Shown here: one piece after another, positions 1-13,560 of the stretch
Layout of the letters: the number at the start of each line of letters is the position of its first letter
Position numbering within the stretch: position 1 is the stretch's first letter
Source: Takakia lepidozioides
Lineage: Eukaryota > Plantae > Bryophyta
NCBI GenBank assembly: GCA_030704615.1
Contig: CM060732.1
Location: 310,001-374,000 of the forward strand
DNA length: 64,000 bases
Reading direction: 5' to 3'
The notes under the pieces: model-generated
Told to the model about the DNA's origin: nothing
The model's database searches: none
What the model saw: only the letters and a program-made list of their open reading frames with translations
Made by a program: the position numbers and the translations under genes

Positions 1-499
1 TCGTGTCGTCGGCGGCTTCCCAAAATCTCGCGTCCTCCTTCTCTTTGCCGGAGTCGCCTGAGCTTCCACAAACTCTATGCTACCACTATGCCGCATAAGG
101 AGAGGAAACGCAGGAGAATGTCACTGCAGAAGGGCAAGGAGCGAGAGAGCGAAGCGGTGGAACATGCAACCACTATGCACGAGCAGATGTGTAAGCAGCC
201 ACGTCTCCCGAAGCGTTGCCACCGTCCACCACTTTCTGCCGTATGGGTGATGAAGAGATTGTGACCCCTGACACGTTCGCACGGATGAAGTCGACTGGAA
301 CACGACGCGTGCCAGTTCCAGCCACCAGTACAAGACGGTTTATCCGAATTGCGGCACCGAAATACCTTCCGTTCACCGGATGCTGTTCCCGGAGCAGCCG
401 ACATTGAATGAAATATCCGCACATCATGAAACCCAACCGCCATGAAAATCCCCTGCCTATGACATTCAACAGTCAGGTCGGTACGTTTCATCAGCGGAC

Positions 500-1147
500 G
501 GATGAATTTCGGCGCCAAAATTCATCCTATTCAAGTGCTTTCGTACACAAACTTACAAATTTCGGCGCTGCAATTCATCGCTTCCCAAGTCCTCATTCGT
601 CATGAACAAACCTGTCAGTGGGATATCGGAGCCGGAATTAATTCCGGGACAGTGGAAACGGCTGCACTTGGGCACATTTCATCCATATTTCGGCGCCGAA
701 ATTCATTACGAATATCTCCGTCCGCGCGTAGACGAGGTGAAATCATCCATATTTCGGCGCCGAAATTCATCCAGAGCGAAGACTAAATCGACACCATGCT
801 ATGCTTTGCCGCCATCATTGCCCCTGACGGATGCTGTCCATGCCTGTTGGACTTGCCATTTCTGGACATTTAACTATAATTTCGGCGCCGAAATTATACT
901 TTATGTGCGGCAACGTCCCGTGCGAAAAAGACCACTTAATGGATACTGTCGGTTTCAAATGAAAAAAACGGCTAAAATGCAATTAATTTTGACAGAAGGG
1001 GTTCAATATGCCGATTTCTCCATTAAATGCAGAATATTCCTGTTATCTTCGTCGGAACGGGGTATTTCCAACGATTTACCGAAAATTATATCATCTAGAA
1101 GCAAATAGTAAGTGTCGGGTTTGGACAAATTTCAGCGCCGAAATTCA
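500..1147. repeat. Cluster of palindromic ATTTCGGCGCCGAAAT motifs (probable TE subterminal region)
   Basis: About 6 copies, including a perfect 24-bp palindrome TATAATTTCGGCGCCGAAATTATA (875-898) and near-perfect GGATGAATTTCGGCGCCAAAATTCATCC (500-527). Confidence 0.75.
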
Positions 1148-1729
1148 TCCGTCGCATAGAAAATGTAATATTAGAGTTACTCATTGCGGACAATAAGGAT
1201 GAATATGCAATCATCCATAGGAAACACAAAGAATCTGAATTGCTCGTCCCATCAGGCCTGCAGGTTACTTTGGTATTATTTATCCTAAAGCGACTTGAAT
1301 ACAATGCCTGAATCATTCTCTTCGCATCTACCAATGTCTTACCGTTTTGGAAAATAGGTAAACATTCAAGGGCATATAACCAAGGACCAGATTTGGCGGC
1401 CACAAAAAGATCCATCCATATAAGTTTGGCATGGTATCAAGTGTCCTAGAGTAACCGGCTTCTAAAAGAGGCTAAGAACACATCATCTACTGCTATGAAG
1501 GATTCAGACGTAGATACCAGGACCGGATGCACACTTATGCAAGAAACAGACATAAGTATTTGAATTTACGGTCATGAAATGCTCCCTTGGTGTAAAGTCT
1601 GTAGAGCCTCTTTCAGTTGTCCTTCCTCACATGATCAAGCATCCTCACATTCCCGCAAATCGTTATAAAGAACATTTTGTGGATCCATCTCTTGGTCCTC
1701 TTTTGGAAGCTGTGGTCATCTTGTGCATT

Positions 1730-3010
1730 GTGTCGCTGCTGCTGTTTCCAGATGACTATCTACCTATGCAGGTTTCTTGTAGCTATTGATCCACAGTGAA
1801 TCGTAGGTAATATTGTGCTTCAAACCCATCCCTCTTGCATGAATTTCTACCCACCCTCATTCCTGCTCCTTCAACTACCCCTGCCTCCGGAACAATCATG
1901 TATGGATCCAAATCTTGCTCCACATTTGACATAGGTGTCCATGAGGGTATTGTTCAGAATGACCTCTGGAAATGTTCCAGCTTTGATGATGTCACCATGG
2001 ACCTCTTTGCCCTTTTCCAGAGCTGCATGCAGCCTCCCACACGCATTATAAACACAAAGAAATGTGATGTGTCTGGGCTTCAGCCCTCTCTCGCATTATT
2101 TGCTCATACGTCTCCAAAGCATCAATCCCACACCCATATTGTTGCGCTTACCCTGCAATCATGGTACTCCAAAGACACCACATCTTGTTTAGCTAGCCAT
2201 GTTGTCGAACACTCCCTAATTTGCATCATTGTTGCACCTACATTTGGCATAACTGTCCACCAGGAGAGTGTTCAGAACGACATCTGGTACAATTGCAGCT
2301 TTGACGATGTCACCATGATGGACCTCTGTGCCCTTTCCCAGAGCTGCTAGGCTCGAATTGGGCATACATGTCCACCAAGGCACAGTTCAAATGACATATG
2401 GTATAATTCCAGCTTTGACATTGACACTATGGACCTCTGCTCCATTTTCCAGGGCTGCCAGGCTCACATTTGGCATAGATGTCCACCAGAGCAGAGTTCA
2501 GAATGACATCTGGTACATTTCAGCTTTGACAATAGACCTGTGTGTCCATTCCACATCTGTCAGACTCACATTTGGCATACATGTCACCAAGGTAGTGTTC
2601 AAAATCAGATTTGGTGTACAGTTCCAGCTTTGACAATCACCATGGACCTCTGCGCCTTTTTCTAGGGTTGCCACCTGCTTGCATTTGGCATACATTACAC
2701 CAGGGTTGTGTTCTGAACCACATATGGTACGTTCAAGCTAATTTGACGATGTTCTAGGGCTGCCAGACTTGCATTTGACATGCATGTGTTGCATGGCAGT
2801 GCTCAGAATGACATCTAGTACAATTCCAGCTTTGACGATGTCGTGCCATGGAACTTTGCACCCTTTTTCAAAGCTAGCATGCTCGCATGTGGCATACATG
2901 TCCACCAGGGCAGTGCTTAGAATGATACCTGGTACAATTCCAGCTTTGAAGATGTCACCATGGAAGTCTTTGCCCTTTTCCAGCCTGCTGCCATGCTCGC
3001 ACATGCTTTG
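1730..3010 (-). pseudogene. Degenerate PLS-class PPR repeats followed by an OSB-type PDF-motif exon
   Basis: Minus-strand fragments such as ILNTTLV..M and ILSTALVDMYATC with many frameshifts. At about 1850-1735 it reads ..KHNITYDSLWINSYKKPA*VD, homologous to the PDF exons at 8955-10180. Confidence 0.7.
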
Positions 3011-3659
3011 CCCCCACAAACCAACGTGATGAGGTCAGGTTGAAGTACACCTCTCCCCGTACCTGATAATCAGGTGGATCAGGCCTTTCAGATCCCTATA
3101 ATCAGGCCCTTCAGATCATCCTCAAGGTCCACCTGTACCAGATACCGCACATAGAGGACCTTGAGGATGATATGAAGGGCCTACCTACCCTTGACACCAG
3201 ACCTGAAATTTAAACTCATGATCAAGTTGGGGAGTCTATCTTTGCACAAAACCAGATGTAGAGAAGTAAGGAGATAGTAAATGTCCGACATGCCAACGGC
3301 CTGAAGACGATATCCATTCTCCAATACAATGCCTGGGGTATTCTCATCAGAGAGCCACCCTTGATGTAAATACTCTGAGCACACTCTTGTAGAAGAACTG
3401 GATGTCGTTGTTAGCCAGTTCTTGCTTTTCCTTCACTACTACCTCAAAGAATGCTACCTGCATCAAAAGAGATGGCTTGAATAAGCAGACTGGAGAGGGG
3501 CATGGCAGGTATATGACTCAGGATTGGGTAATAACAATTCAATACCAATATGTGATGGTGATTGATGAATACATGTCCTTGACCCATTTGTCAAGGGTGA
3601 GATGATACCCTTGAACTTCTCCTCGTCTTGTTGGCTATTTCTCTATTGCTACATTGGCA

Positions 3660-6110
3660 GTAACATGTCCACGAGGGTACTGTTTAGAATTATGACAAAC
3701 TTCTTCTCAACGTACATTAAGAAAGCCACACCTTGCGACTGGGGGGTGCTAGTCTGTGAGCGGAAAGATGCGTGAGCGGGAAGATGCTCACGTAATAGGG
3801 TGCATGGGCCTACAATCGCGGATGAGGAAGCCCCGGGAGACCTATTTCCGCGGGAATGAGTGTACATATCATGCATACTTGGATGAATGTTGGATGAATG
3901 TTGGTAGAATAATGGATGAATGATGGATGAATAATTCATGAATGGTTGAATGCGAGATGGCTGATGGATAGACATATGCTTCGCAATGCATGAACAATGG
4001 ATGAGTGGATGGTTAGAGACTGGATGTATTATCGAGGGTCATCGCTTAGGTACTTCCCCGGAATGAGGACATAATAGATGTACCTGAACCATACATTCAG
4101 AAAACACAGATGCAGCAGGTGCTTGTTAATTCCCATTAAACCCCCTTGTAATCAATGTCGCGTTGATGATCCCTGAACTTCCCAAAAGACTAGAAGACAC
4201 GAAACACTAAGCAAGACAAAGATTTATTTCGATTGAAATCCATAGCATTATCAAGGTTGCGTTAACGCAACCTTGATTGTGTCCCATACAAAATACAAAA
4301 GACAGTGCAAAAATGATGCTTTCATTTCTCAAATCAAGGTTGCGTCAACGGAGGTTGATTTACATCCTGCGACTTCAACTTTTTTTTTTGGAAAAAATAT
4401 GCTTTCATTTCTCAAATCAAGGTTGCGTCAATGCAAAGTTGTTTTCCATCCTGCGACTTCAATTTTTTTTTTAATTTGTTTTTTTGGAAAAATGATGCTT
4501 TCATTTCTCAAATCAACCTTGCGTCAACGCAAGGTTGATTTGCCCATACAAAATGCGAAAAACAGTGCAAAAAAGATGCTTTCATTTCTCAAATCAAGGT
4601 TGCGTCAACGCAAGGTTGATTTGCATCTTGCGTTTTTTTTTGTTTTTTTTGTTTTTTTTAAAAAAAAGGATGCTTTTATTTCTCAAATCAACCTTGACGC
4701 AAGGTTGATTTGCATGACATAAATTTTATAAATTATTAAAATTATTTTTTTTAAAAAAACGCAAAAAAAAGGGTCGCAGGATGCAAATCAACCTTGCGTT
4801 GATGCAACCTTCATTTGAGAAATGAAAGCATCTTTTTTCCAAAAAAAAAAACAAAAACTACCGTAATCATCCACTTCCACTCGGAAATCAACCTCGCGTT
4901 GACACAAGGTTGATTTCAAGTCCTCTGAAATCAACCTCATGTTGACACAAGGTTGATTTCAAGTTCTCCGAAATTAACCTTGTGTTGCTGTCATCCATGC
5001 TTCATTAATCCATCTTTTGTCATCCTGCATTCATTCTACATTCATCCATTCCACATAGTCATTAATCCTTAAGAATTTCGCCACATATTTCTCTCAAATT
5101 TTCATGCATGGAACTCGACGTCTTAGGTCCCAGGCATCGTATGTTACCCTCCGTTCCACTCAACATTGCCCCCACGACAATAGGTCCTGCTTTTCCCACG
5201 GCTATAGGCTCCGCTTCCCTTATGTGCTCACGCTTAAGAAATCTGCTCACGCTTAAGAGATCTGCTCACGGTTAATGAAGTCTGCTCACGCTTAGTGCGC
5301 TAAGCGTGAGCGCGCTCACACGCTAGCTTCCCTCCTTGCGACTGCGACTGTCCCACCATCAACAAGGATCTTTACAATCTCGTGCCAGCTCTGCTTCATG
5401 CTCCACGACACCACATTTCGTTAAGCCATATTGTTGAACGCTCCTTTTGCATCCTCGATGGCTCCACATTTGGTATACATATCCACGAGGGTACTGTTTA
5501 GAATTATGACAAACTTCTTCTCAACGTACATTAAGAAAGCCACACCTTGCAACTGCGACTGTCCCACCATCGACAAGGATCTTTACAAGCTCGTGCCAGC
5601 TCTGCTTCATGCTCCACGACACCACATTTCGTTAAGCCATATTGTTGAACGCTCCCTTTGCATCCTCGATGGCTCCACATTTGGCATATATATCCACGAG
5701 GGTTCTGAATAAACTTCTTCTCAACGTATATTAAGAAAGCCACACCTTGCGACTGAGACTGTCCACCATTGACAAGGATCTTTGCAAAGCTCGTGCCAGC
5801 TCTGCTTCATGCTCCACGACACCACATTTCGTTAAGCCATATTGTTGAACGCTCCCTTTGCATCCTCTCGATGGCTCCACATTTGGCGTACAAACTTCTT
5901 CTCAACATACATTAAGAAAGCCACACCTTGCGATTGCGACTATCCACCATCGACAAGGATCTTTGCAAAGCTCGTGCCAGCTCTGCTTCATGCTCCACCA
6001 CACCACATTTCGTTAAAGCCATATTGTTGAACGCTCCCTCGAGGCTCCACATTTGGCATATCTAGGAGGTACTGTTCAGAATGACACTCCTTCCCGTATC
6101 CTTCCAAAGC
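3660..6110 (-). pseudogene. Tandemly repeated (~190 bp x ~4) PPR-motif fragment, interrupted by a MULE-like insertion
   Basis: Unit translates as ILNSTLVDMYTKCGAIEDAKGAFNNMA*RNVVSWS (PLS-PPR consensus). One unit is split between 3740 and 5335. Confidence 0.75.
3741..5334. mobile_element. Non-autonomous Mutator-like element (MULE)
   Basis: 9-bp TSD CTTGCGACT (3732-3740 / 5335-5343). Imperfect TIR GGGGGGTGCTAGTCTGTGAGCG vs GAGGGAAGCTAGCGTGTGAGCG. Internal array of AAATCAA(GG/CC)TTGCGTCAACG palindromic repeats at 4250-4990. Confidence 0.85.
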
Positions 6111-6250
6111 CTCTAACCAGAGCATCCCCTCGATCGCCACCCTAGTAGGCTCTCGGAGCAGGAAGAAGAGTGATAGTGAGGGCGTTCTTGAAAAGTATCG
6201 AAGTCCCCGTGTGAATGAAATAAGTGGATCAAATCATCCAAATCCTTGCA

Positions 6251-7675
6251 TGTAATGAAATCATCCAATTGATGAATGAAAATAATCAAATTTAATAAAA
6301 TCATCCATCAATGGATTTTCATAAGAGTCATGCAAATGACCTTATCTTGTCAAAGGGAGTTGACTACACCAATCTAGAGTCATTTGCATTACTGTTTAGA
6401 GTCGTGTGTGTGACCCATGATCACCATTCTATTCTAGTCAAACGACATTCACCGGGATAAAGGCATATACACGACCCTTTTTGGTAATTTTCGGTCATAC
6501 CTATGACATTTTTGAACGATGATGACATTGAGTCATGGTTTGAGTCATAGAAACCACGACTCTCCAAAAAAACAAGTCAGAAAAACCATGATTTGGCGTA
6601 GTGCCAACAAGCTCCATTTCTTCATGAAGCTCACAAAAACGCATCTGAAAATACACACCTTTACAAACTTGGTGCACCTGCACTTCTCATGCATATCCCC
6701 TGGCTCTAGGGCGCCTCGTTGCTGCCCTTCCAGCCCCGCTCTTGCCACTCCAAAAGCCCTTACACTGCTGAGTTTCAGATTGAAACTCCAACTCAGCACA
6801 ATGCTTCACAAGTGCACTGATTTGCACACAAGAGGGACGAGCCCCCTCTCTTCACTCATACCTCTTCATGAGCTTGGAGCTGAAGCTCCCAACGGGCTGC
6901 GATGCATCCCCTTGCACCTCCACCATTCGGCTGCTCCTCATCTACCCGCAACAACTAGTTTCGGGCAGAAATACCTAGAGCTGATCATATCATCTCCAAC
7001 CTGCAACATGCTAGCTTCCCATGCACAGCCCACATTCCTGCAGCTCTTTAACTCGGCCTGCAACTGAAGAGGAGACCACCAATTTGCCCACTCGTGTCCA
7101 GTATCTCCTCCGCTTCACACTAGAAGCCCAAACTTGGTTGCCATAGCGTTGAGCTATACAACGCCGCTCTTCAACATAGGCTACCCGCCTCTCTATCTAT
7201 TGCAAACCTGCAACCTATTCGCCTTCGCACTCTATCCGCTTTGGATAGGCTCACGCACGGATCCCTGCATTCGAGGCTGAACCGCTTCTCATGAAAACAC
7301 AAGTGCTACAAAACAACTCGAACCTAGCACTCACAGACTCAAGCTGATATTTCTCGAGTAATAAGAGAAAGAATGATACAAGTACACAAACTTTCTCAAA
7401 CTCACATACTTGCACATGAAAACATCATTCATATATTAAGTCGAGCCAAGTGCACCCCACACCATGGGGAATCCACACTACGGCGCCATAGCTAGACGCG
7501 GTGAGGCTCAACTCGAGAAAGATGAGCCCACCGCGATCTGCCGTGAAGATAACAACGCCAGGTGCCCAAACATGTATTGGCCCCTGGATTGACACTTGGA
7601 TCAATCCCAAATATCAATATATAAAAGCTAGCTATTTCCTAGCTAACTTCACACTAGTGGTAAAATAACTTGACA
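6251..7675 (-). mobile_element. LTR-like copy of the 5' terminal region of the Gypsy element at 24993 (possible solo LTR)
   Basis: Minus strand starts TGTCAAGTTATTTTACCACTAGTGTGAA at 7675 and aligns by eye to 24993-~25850 down to ~6700. The left boundary is tentative (TTGCA/ATGCA imperfect TSD). Confidence 0.7.
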
Positions 7676-8189
7676 ATGCAAAAGGAGTTCAACACTATGA
7701 CTTTGATCACGTTGTATGTGCTTGCTTGCACATACAATCTAATTTACAAAATGAGGCCCTGTGGATACAGATTTGTAACAAGTGCTCGACAACTTGCAAG
7801 AAACTTGGAGGTCCCCACAGTTAATGACTTGGGCTATACCAAGCGTTATATTTGCTGTCTGCAGGTACACATGTCACATATTTGCAATCAAAGTTGACAG
7901 AAATTTGTTGGAAGCCCAATGTAATCACCTTTGTCTCTACATCTGCTGACTTGGGCTTCAAATTGATGCAAGAAATAACTGCAGTGTTCCTAAAATCTCT
8001 TCTATTGTAAGTGCACAGGCTAAGTCCCATCCTCACATTGTATACACATGAAATTGAGTGGCAACAAGTGAATAGAAATAGGTAAATGATTTGTTTCATT
8101 TCTAGGAGTATTAATATTCTCTATCCTTGCCTCGAGTGTTATCCAACGGGGGAGTGGTTGACCCTTCGCTTCATGTGCAGATATCAGAA

Positions 8190-10185
8190 GAAGGACAAAG
8201 AGGTCCATGGTTGCATCGTCGAAGCTAGAATTGTGGCAGATGTCATTCTGAACAATACCCTTGTAAACATGTATGCCAAATGTGGGTGCTTTGAGGATGC
8301 AAAGCAAGTGTTCGAGAAAGTGGTCCGTGAAATCCCCCATGGGTCGTGACACAAGGTCGAGGACAATGTGGTGAGGGCACCTTCTTCTTCAACCTATTTC
8401 AGCATGTTTTGCCCTCTCATCAGACTCGTCCCTGAATTTGCATGTTGCACTCTGTATTTTAGCTCGTTAGGTGGATCTACATGGGTAGATGGTCAACTGG
8501 AAACAGCAGCAGCATAAGAACAATTGATAGAACCAGGCACCACTAATGAAGGCACCTTCTTCAACATATTTCAGCTTGTTTTCCCTGTTATCGTCCCTAA
8601 TTTTTCATGTTGAATTCTGCAAGTTAGCTAGTTGTTGGAGTGACTTTGACATGATACTGCCAATGTGACAACAGGAAAGTGTCCAAACAAAAATAGGTAA
8701 TAGAGATGAGGAGAAGCTATGGAATGAATACTTTTCTGACCCCAGTCAATGGTGGGACAACCAAGGCAAAAAGGTGGATGCATGTTGGAAGCAGACGCAA
8801 GTCAGCATAGGAACTAGTGTGATAAGTAGGTTGGGTGTTTGCTGGTCGAGTTCTAGGCTGTCATTGTCAACTACTAGCAGCAAGGCAAGGATGTATGCAT
8901 GATCTGTGCAGAGGCATGGATAGTTAAGGGAACAGGGATAGAGTGTGGATCCAGATTCATCCAAGAAGGCCGGATTTCAAGCTCTAGATTACCTATGATT
9001 CATTGTGGAATGATAGCTACAAGAAACCTGCATGGGTACATGGTCAAGTGGAAGCCGCAGCAGCAGCAGCACAATTGATCCATTACGACATTGCTAATGA
9101 AGGCACGTTCTTCAACACATTTCATCATGTTTTTCCCTCTTATCAGAATTGGTCCTAAATTATCATGTTGAATTCTGCAAGTTAGCTGGTTGAGTGAACC
9201 TTTGATAGTTTGGAGTGACTGACATGACACTGTCAATGTGACAACATGAAAGTAACCAGAAATGGGTAACAGAGATGAGGAGAAGCTGTGGAATGAATAC
9301 TTTTCTGACCCCAGTCAATGGTGGGACAATCAAGGCAAGAAGGTGAATGCTTGTTGGATTATAGAGAGTAGCGGATTGCAATGGAACATAGGAACTAGTG
9401 TGATAAGTTGAGTTGGGTGCTTCCTAGAACAAATCTAGGCTGGCATCGTCAGCTGCTAGTAGCAAGGCAAGGATGTATGCATGATTTGTGCAGAGGCATG
9501 GATAACTGAAGGAGCAGGGATAGAGTGTGGGTGCAGATTCACCGAAGAGGGCTGGAATTTAAGCTCCAGATTAACTATGAAGCTACAAGAAACCTGCATG
9601 GGTAGATGGTCAATTGGCAGCAGCGGCACAATTGATAAATCAGACACTGCTAATGAAGGCATCTTCTGCAGCACATTTCACCCTGTTTTTTCCTCTTATC
9701 AAAATCGGCCCTAAATTTCCATGTTGCATTCTGCAAGTTAGCTGGTTGAGATAATCTAGTTTGGAGTGACTTTGACATGATACTGCCAATGTGACAACAT
9801 GAAAGTATCAAAAAACAAGTAACAGAGATGATGAGAAGCTGTGGAATGAATACTTTTGTGACCCCAGTCAATGATGGGATGTCCAACCAAGGCAAAAAGG
9901 TGAATGCCTGTTACATTTCAGAGAGTAGCAGACACAATTCAGCATAGGAACTAGTTTGATACCATGAGTTGGGTGTTTCCTAGAAAAAATCTAGGCTGTC
10001 ATTGTCAGCTCCCAGCAGCAAGGCAAGGATAAATGCATGATTTGTGCAGAGGCATGGATAGCTGAAAGAGCAGAGATAGAGTGTGGTCCAGATTCATCTA
10101 AGAGGGCAAGATTTCAAGCACAAGATTACCTATGATTCCCTGTGTATCAATAGCTACAAGAAACCTGCATAGGTAGATGGTATAT
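8190..10185 (+). pseudogene. PPR motif followed by three tandem (~560 bp) units encoding OSB-type PDF motifs
   Basis: KEVHGCIV..ILNNTLVNMYAKCGCFEDAKQVFEK at 8197-8320. Then exons LWNEYFSDPSQWWDNQGKK|GT..AG|IHPRRPDFKL*ITYDSLWNDSYKKPAWV (putative intron 8774-8954). The third unit has QDFKHKITYDSL. Stop codons are present. Confidence 0.7.
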
Positions 10186-10281
10186 TCCGTGGGACTAAAT
10201 GTGTTACTGAAGTCTTGCATTATGAGGATCACAATTGCTTGGCAGCTTACCCGCACGAGGCCTTGACCCTTAGGCAATCCC

Positions 10282-10683
10282 CAGGTTGAGTTTTCCATGA
10301 GTAGTGAGCAGGTTTTGTCGAACAGTGCCGAACTTAAGGGAATATTTATAGAATATATCAAATATCCAAAGAATATTCTTCTGAACCAGTGCTGAGCCTA
10401 TGTGGAGGAATATTCTGTCGAGGAATATTCTTCTGAACCTGTGCCGAGCCTATGCCGAACCAGTTCGGACCACTTTCGAACCTATGGTACTGTTCGGTGC
10501 CGAACCTTCAACATTATATGCAATATAAATTTAGTAAAAATCTCATTTGGAATCCAAAATGGAAATATTCTATAAACCGAACCTATCCCGAACCTGGAAG
10601 TGGTTCGGCAAACAGGTTCGGGCGGTTCGGTGATGTTCGGCAAAACCTGCTCACTGCTCACTGCTCATGGATTTTCAACCCCC
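10282..10683. mobile_element. MULE-like MITE
   Basis: Inverted termini GGTTGA..TCCATGAG(T/C)AGTGAGCAGGTTTTG.CGAAC, flanked by direct repeat GGCAATCCC(CAG) at 10273 and 10684. Internal CCGAAC/GTTCGG repeats. Confidence 0.75.
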
Positions 10684-11599
10684 GGCAATCCCCAGAGCAG
10701 TAGTAGCTTTTGGGCTACTTTTTTACTTTGGTTTTTTCATTTTGTCCCATGAGCTCTTTGAGCTTTCCGCAGATGTAATAAAGTACCATTTTGTTTCATT
10801 TTTGTTTCATGGCATGTTTTTCATTGTTTTCACATTTCTAATGACATGATTAGTTCTCTTGTATGGCATTACATGCGTATATACTAGTCGGCTCACTACA
10901 AACCAAAACTTCAAAGCATGAACCACTATGATTGATTGTTCAAGTAATTTCAAGCACTTCATTTAAAGTAGTAAAGTAGTGGTTGCGCCGACTTCCGCAG
11001 TCGCAGTTGCCACTCGGCATGTAGCACTGCAAGTTATGTGGTCGACTACCACGTGGCGCCCCAGGCCCGTGGCCACGTGGCAGCAGTGCTGCTCGTCGCG
11101 CCGCCGCCACGTCGTCGTCCACGTCCGCGTCCATGTGTCACCGCGCTCTGGCGAGTCATTCTACTCATGCGGGGGGGAAAAACAAAGTCAGCCCAAAATG
11201 TCAGACACATGGGCGGCTGGCCTGGTTACGCTACGTGTTGACTCAGTAATAATCGCAATTATCGCTGAGCAGTTGATCATGCGTCTGCGTCCGCTACCAC
11301 TCCAATCAGATGTCCGATCCAACTTCCATGTCTGTTGTAACTAGTCGTTTACTACTTCAGTCGATTCCGTGTTTATTGTTTTTTTTTACTCAAAATGAGT
11401 TGTTTCCCCAGTCGTAAAAGACACGAATGCTTGTTGTGGTTGCAGATCACTGCTGCAAAACATGGAAATGAGTGGCATCTCGTAAACTACTCAGAAAACA
11501 GTCCTTGAGCACCCCGTCGTCTAAAGGGGTCAAAGGATTTTGAAGCCTCATCGGCTCCCTAAATCTCGTCTCGAAGTCCGCTACCTCCTCTGTAGGGCC

Positions 11600-13560
11600 T
11601 TGACGGATTCATGCTAATGCCATCAGGACACTAGTGAATTGGTGCACCGCCCGGAAATGATCCAAAAAGGCGTCGCGAATCTGCAACCAAGTGACAAATG
11701 TTCCTGGTGCCTGCTGCCAATACCAAGTAGATGCTCTTCCCCTCATGATTGTGGGAAACCAGCCAGTAAGCATCGTCCAATGCTTGGTTAGAATAGCAAC
11801 ACATTGAATAAAATTTTCACATGATACTCTGGGTTCTCATGTGCTTCCCCGGAGAACCAAGGTAGATGCCTGGGTAATGTTAGTGGGCCAAGACCTGCTG
11901 GAACAATGGGTACCTCAGGTGGCCTTGGAATGTGTACCATGTTTGACACTACCGACGGCGAAGGACTAGCGGACCTTGCTGACCTGGAGAGAGGGGAGGA
12001 CTGGGTACTGGGGACACCACTCGCGAATACTCGTCACTAGAAAGACTGTCAGTATCCTCTTTCTCCCACTCTATATTGTCTAGACTTCGGGTGTCCGGGT
12101 CAGATCCGGGACTCAATTTTGGATTCTTTCCTAGCAACTGGTCCTTGACTGCCTCTCTGGCTAGTCTACGCTGCAACCTAGTGTCAAAATATATACTATC
12201 TAAACTTGGGAGTGTTTCTCTCGATCCTGAGCTAGACATACGCTCTCTATTGAGATGATGACTCTCCTACTTTTGTTTGTATCAAAGGGCCTATATTCCT
12301 TTGGATGACCATATCAAGAATGAAGGAGGTAAGATCTGGATACCTACCGTGAAATCTCGGCGATGGTTGTATATTTGTGTGCAACCGATTATGTATTAAT
12401 GGGCGTCCTATAGGCCAGGGGCCTCTACACTGTTCACAATCTGACCTCAGGACAAGATGTTGTGCTACAAAGAATTGGCAGGATTCACAATTGGTGAAGA
12501 AATCAACCTGCCACCTTAAATGGGCCACCAGTGATGACCTGGGGTGTAGAGCCCCCAAATAAATACTTGGGCATGAGCACTTACCTAGACGGCTGTCGTC
12601 AATTCCTCGTCTCTACCCACGGGTGATCCTGGTACTGAGGTATACGGAGAGCTGCTAGCAGAAGAAAATGAATGTACTACCCTTAATGGAATGATTGGAA
12701 GGAAACTAGTTGGAATGTCCCTCGCAAAATGAAATGGTGATGGTCTCTGTGGGTTCGGAATAGTTCCTCGAGGTGCTTCGTTGGGCCGATCTTCAATCCA
12801 CACAATGTCGTGTACTGTCGCGGCCAAATCTAATTGCCCATTGGTGACCAACTCAATGAAGAGCGTTGTCGCGTCATTGCTGCGGCTGTTGTAAAATCTC
12901 GGGCGGCAAATGAGCTTAGTGGTATTTGAGGGATAAGGGAGGCGTTCCTCTGCCTCCAGATAGTCCTCTAATGCACAACCAAACAACCAACAAATCCAAT
13001 CAAAAGTAAGATCAAGAGGTATTTTCCGGCCTAAAAAGGTGGTGGCCTCCCCGGATTTCCGGACGGTGGGGAGCGGTCTTTGGAAATCGATGACTTGGTC
13101 GGCGATCGTCCGGCACAAAGGGCAGCAACCCAAGTAAGCGATCTACCAAGCAAGATGTGCTTCTAATGGGGATTGCACGTTAAGATATCCCAAGAAGGGA
13201 GGTTGGCAGCAGCCAGGCCAACGTGTGTTGAACCTAAAGAACGAAGAGATAGGTGCCGTGAGGGCCTTTTTCCCCAATGGGCCTACCCTGGCCGAGATCC
13301 AGTATCCTCTGTACTCCTCGGAAATATCGAGGATACGCCTTCGCATCAACCTGCAAATGACAATTGAATCCTCCGTCAGAACTTCACTTGATCGAGTTCC
13401 AAAAATAACACGATAGAGGCCGGTAACACGTGCTTCAAATGACAGGTAGAAGCGGTGAGCGTCCATCTGAGTAGTCATACTGCATCTCCATGAAGGCCAT
13501 GACGTTAGTACTACAAAGGAATTTTCAACACTTAGCCTACCATACGGGAATCTCAATCCT
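11600..13560 (-). mobile_element. Decayed LTR-retrotransposon remnant: gag fragment with upstream unknown ORFs
   Basis: WFPTIMRGRASTWYWQQAPGTFVTWLQIRDAFLDHFR at ~11760-11650 matches the Retrotrans_gag pattern. Co-directional ORFs 12247-13556 lie upstream. Confidence 0.55.
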
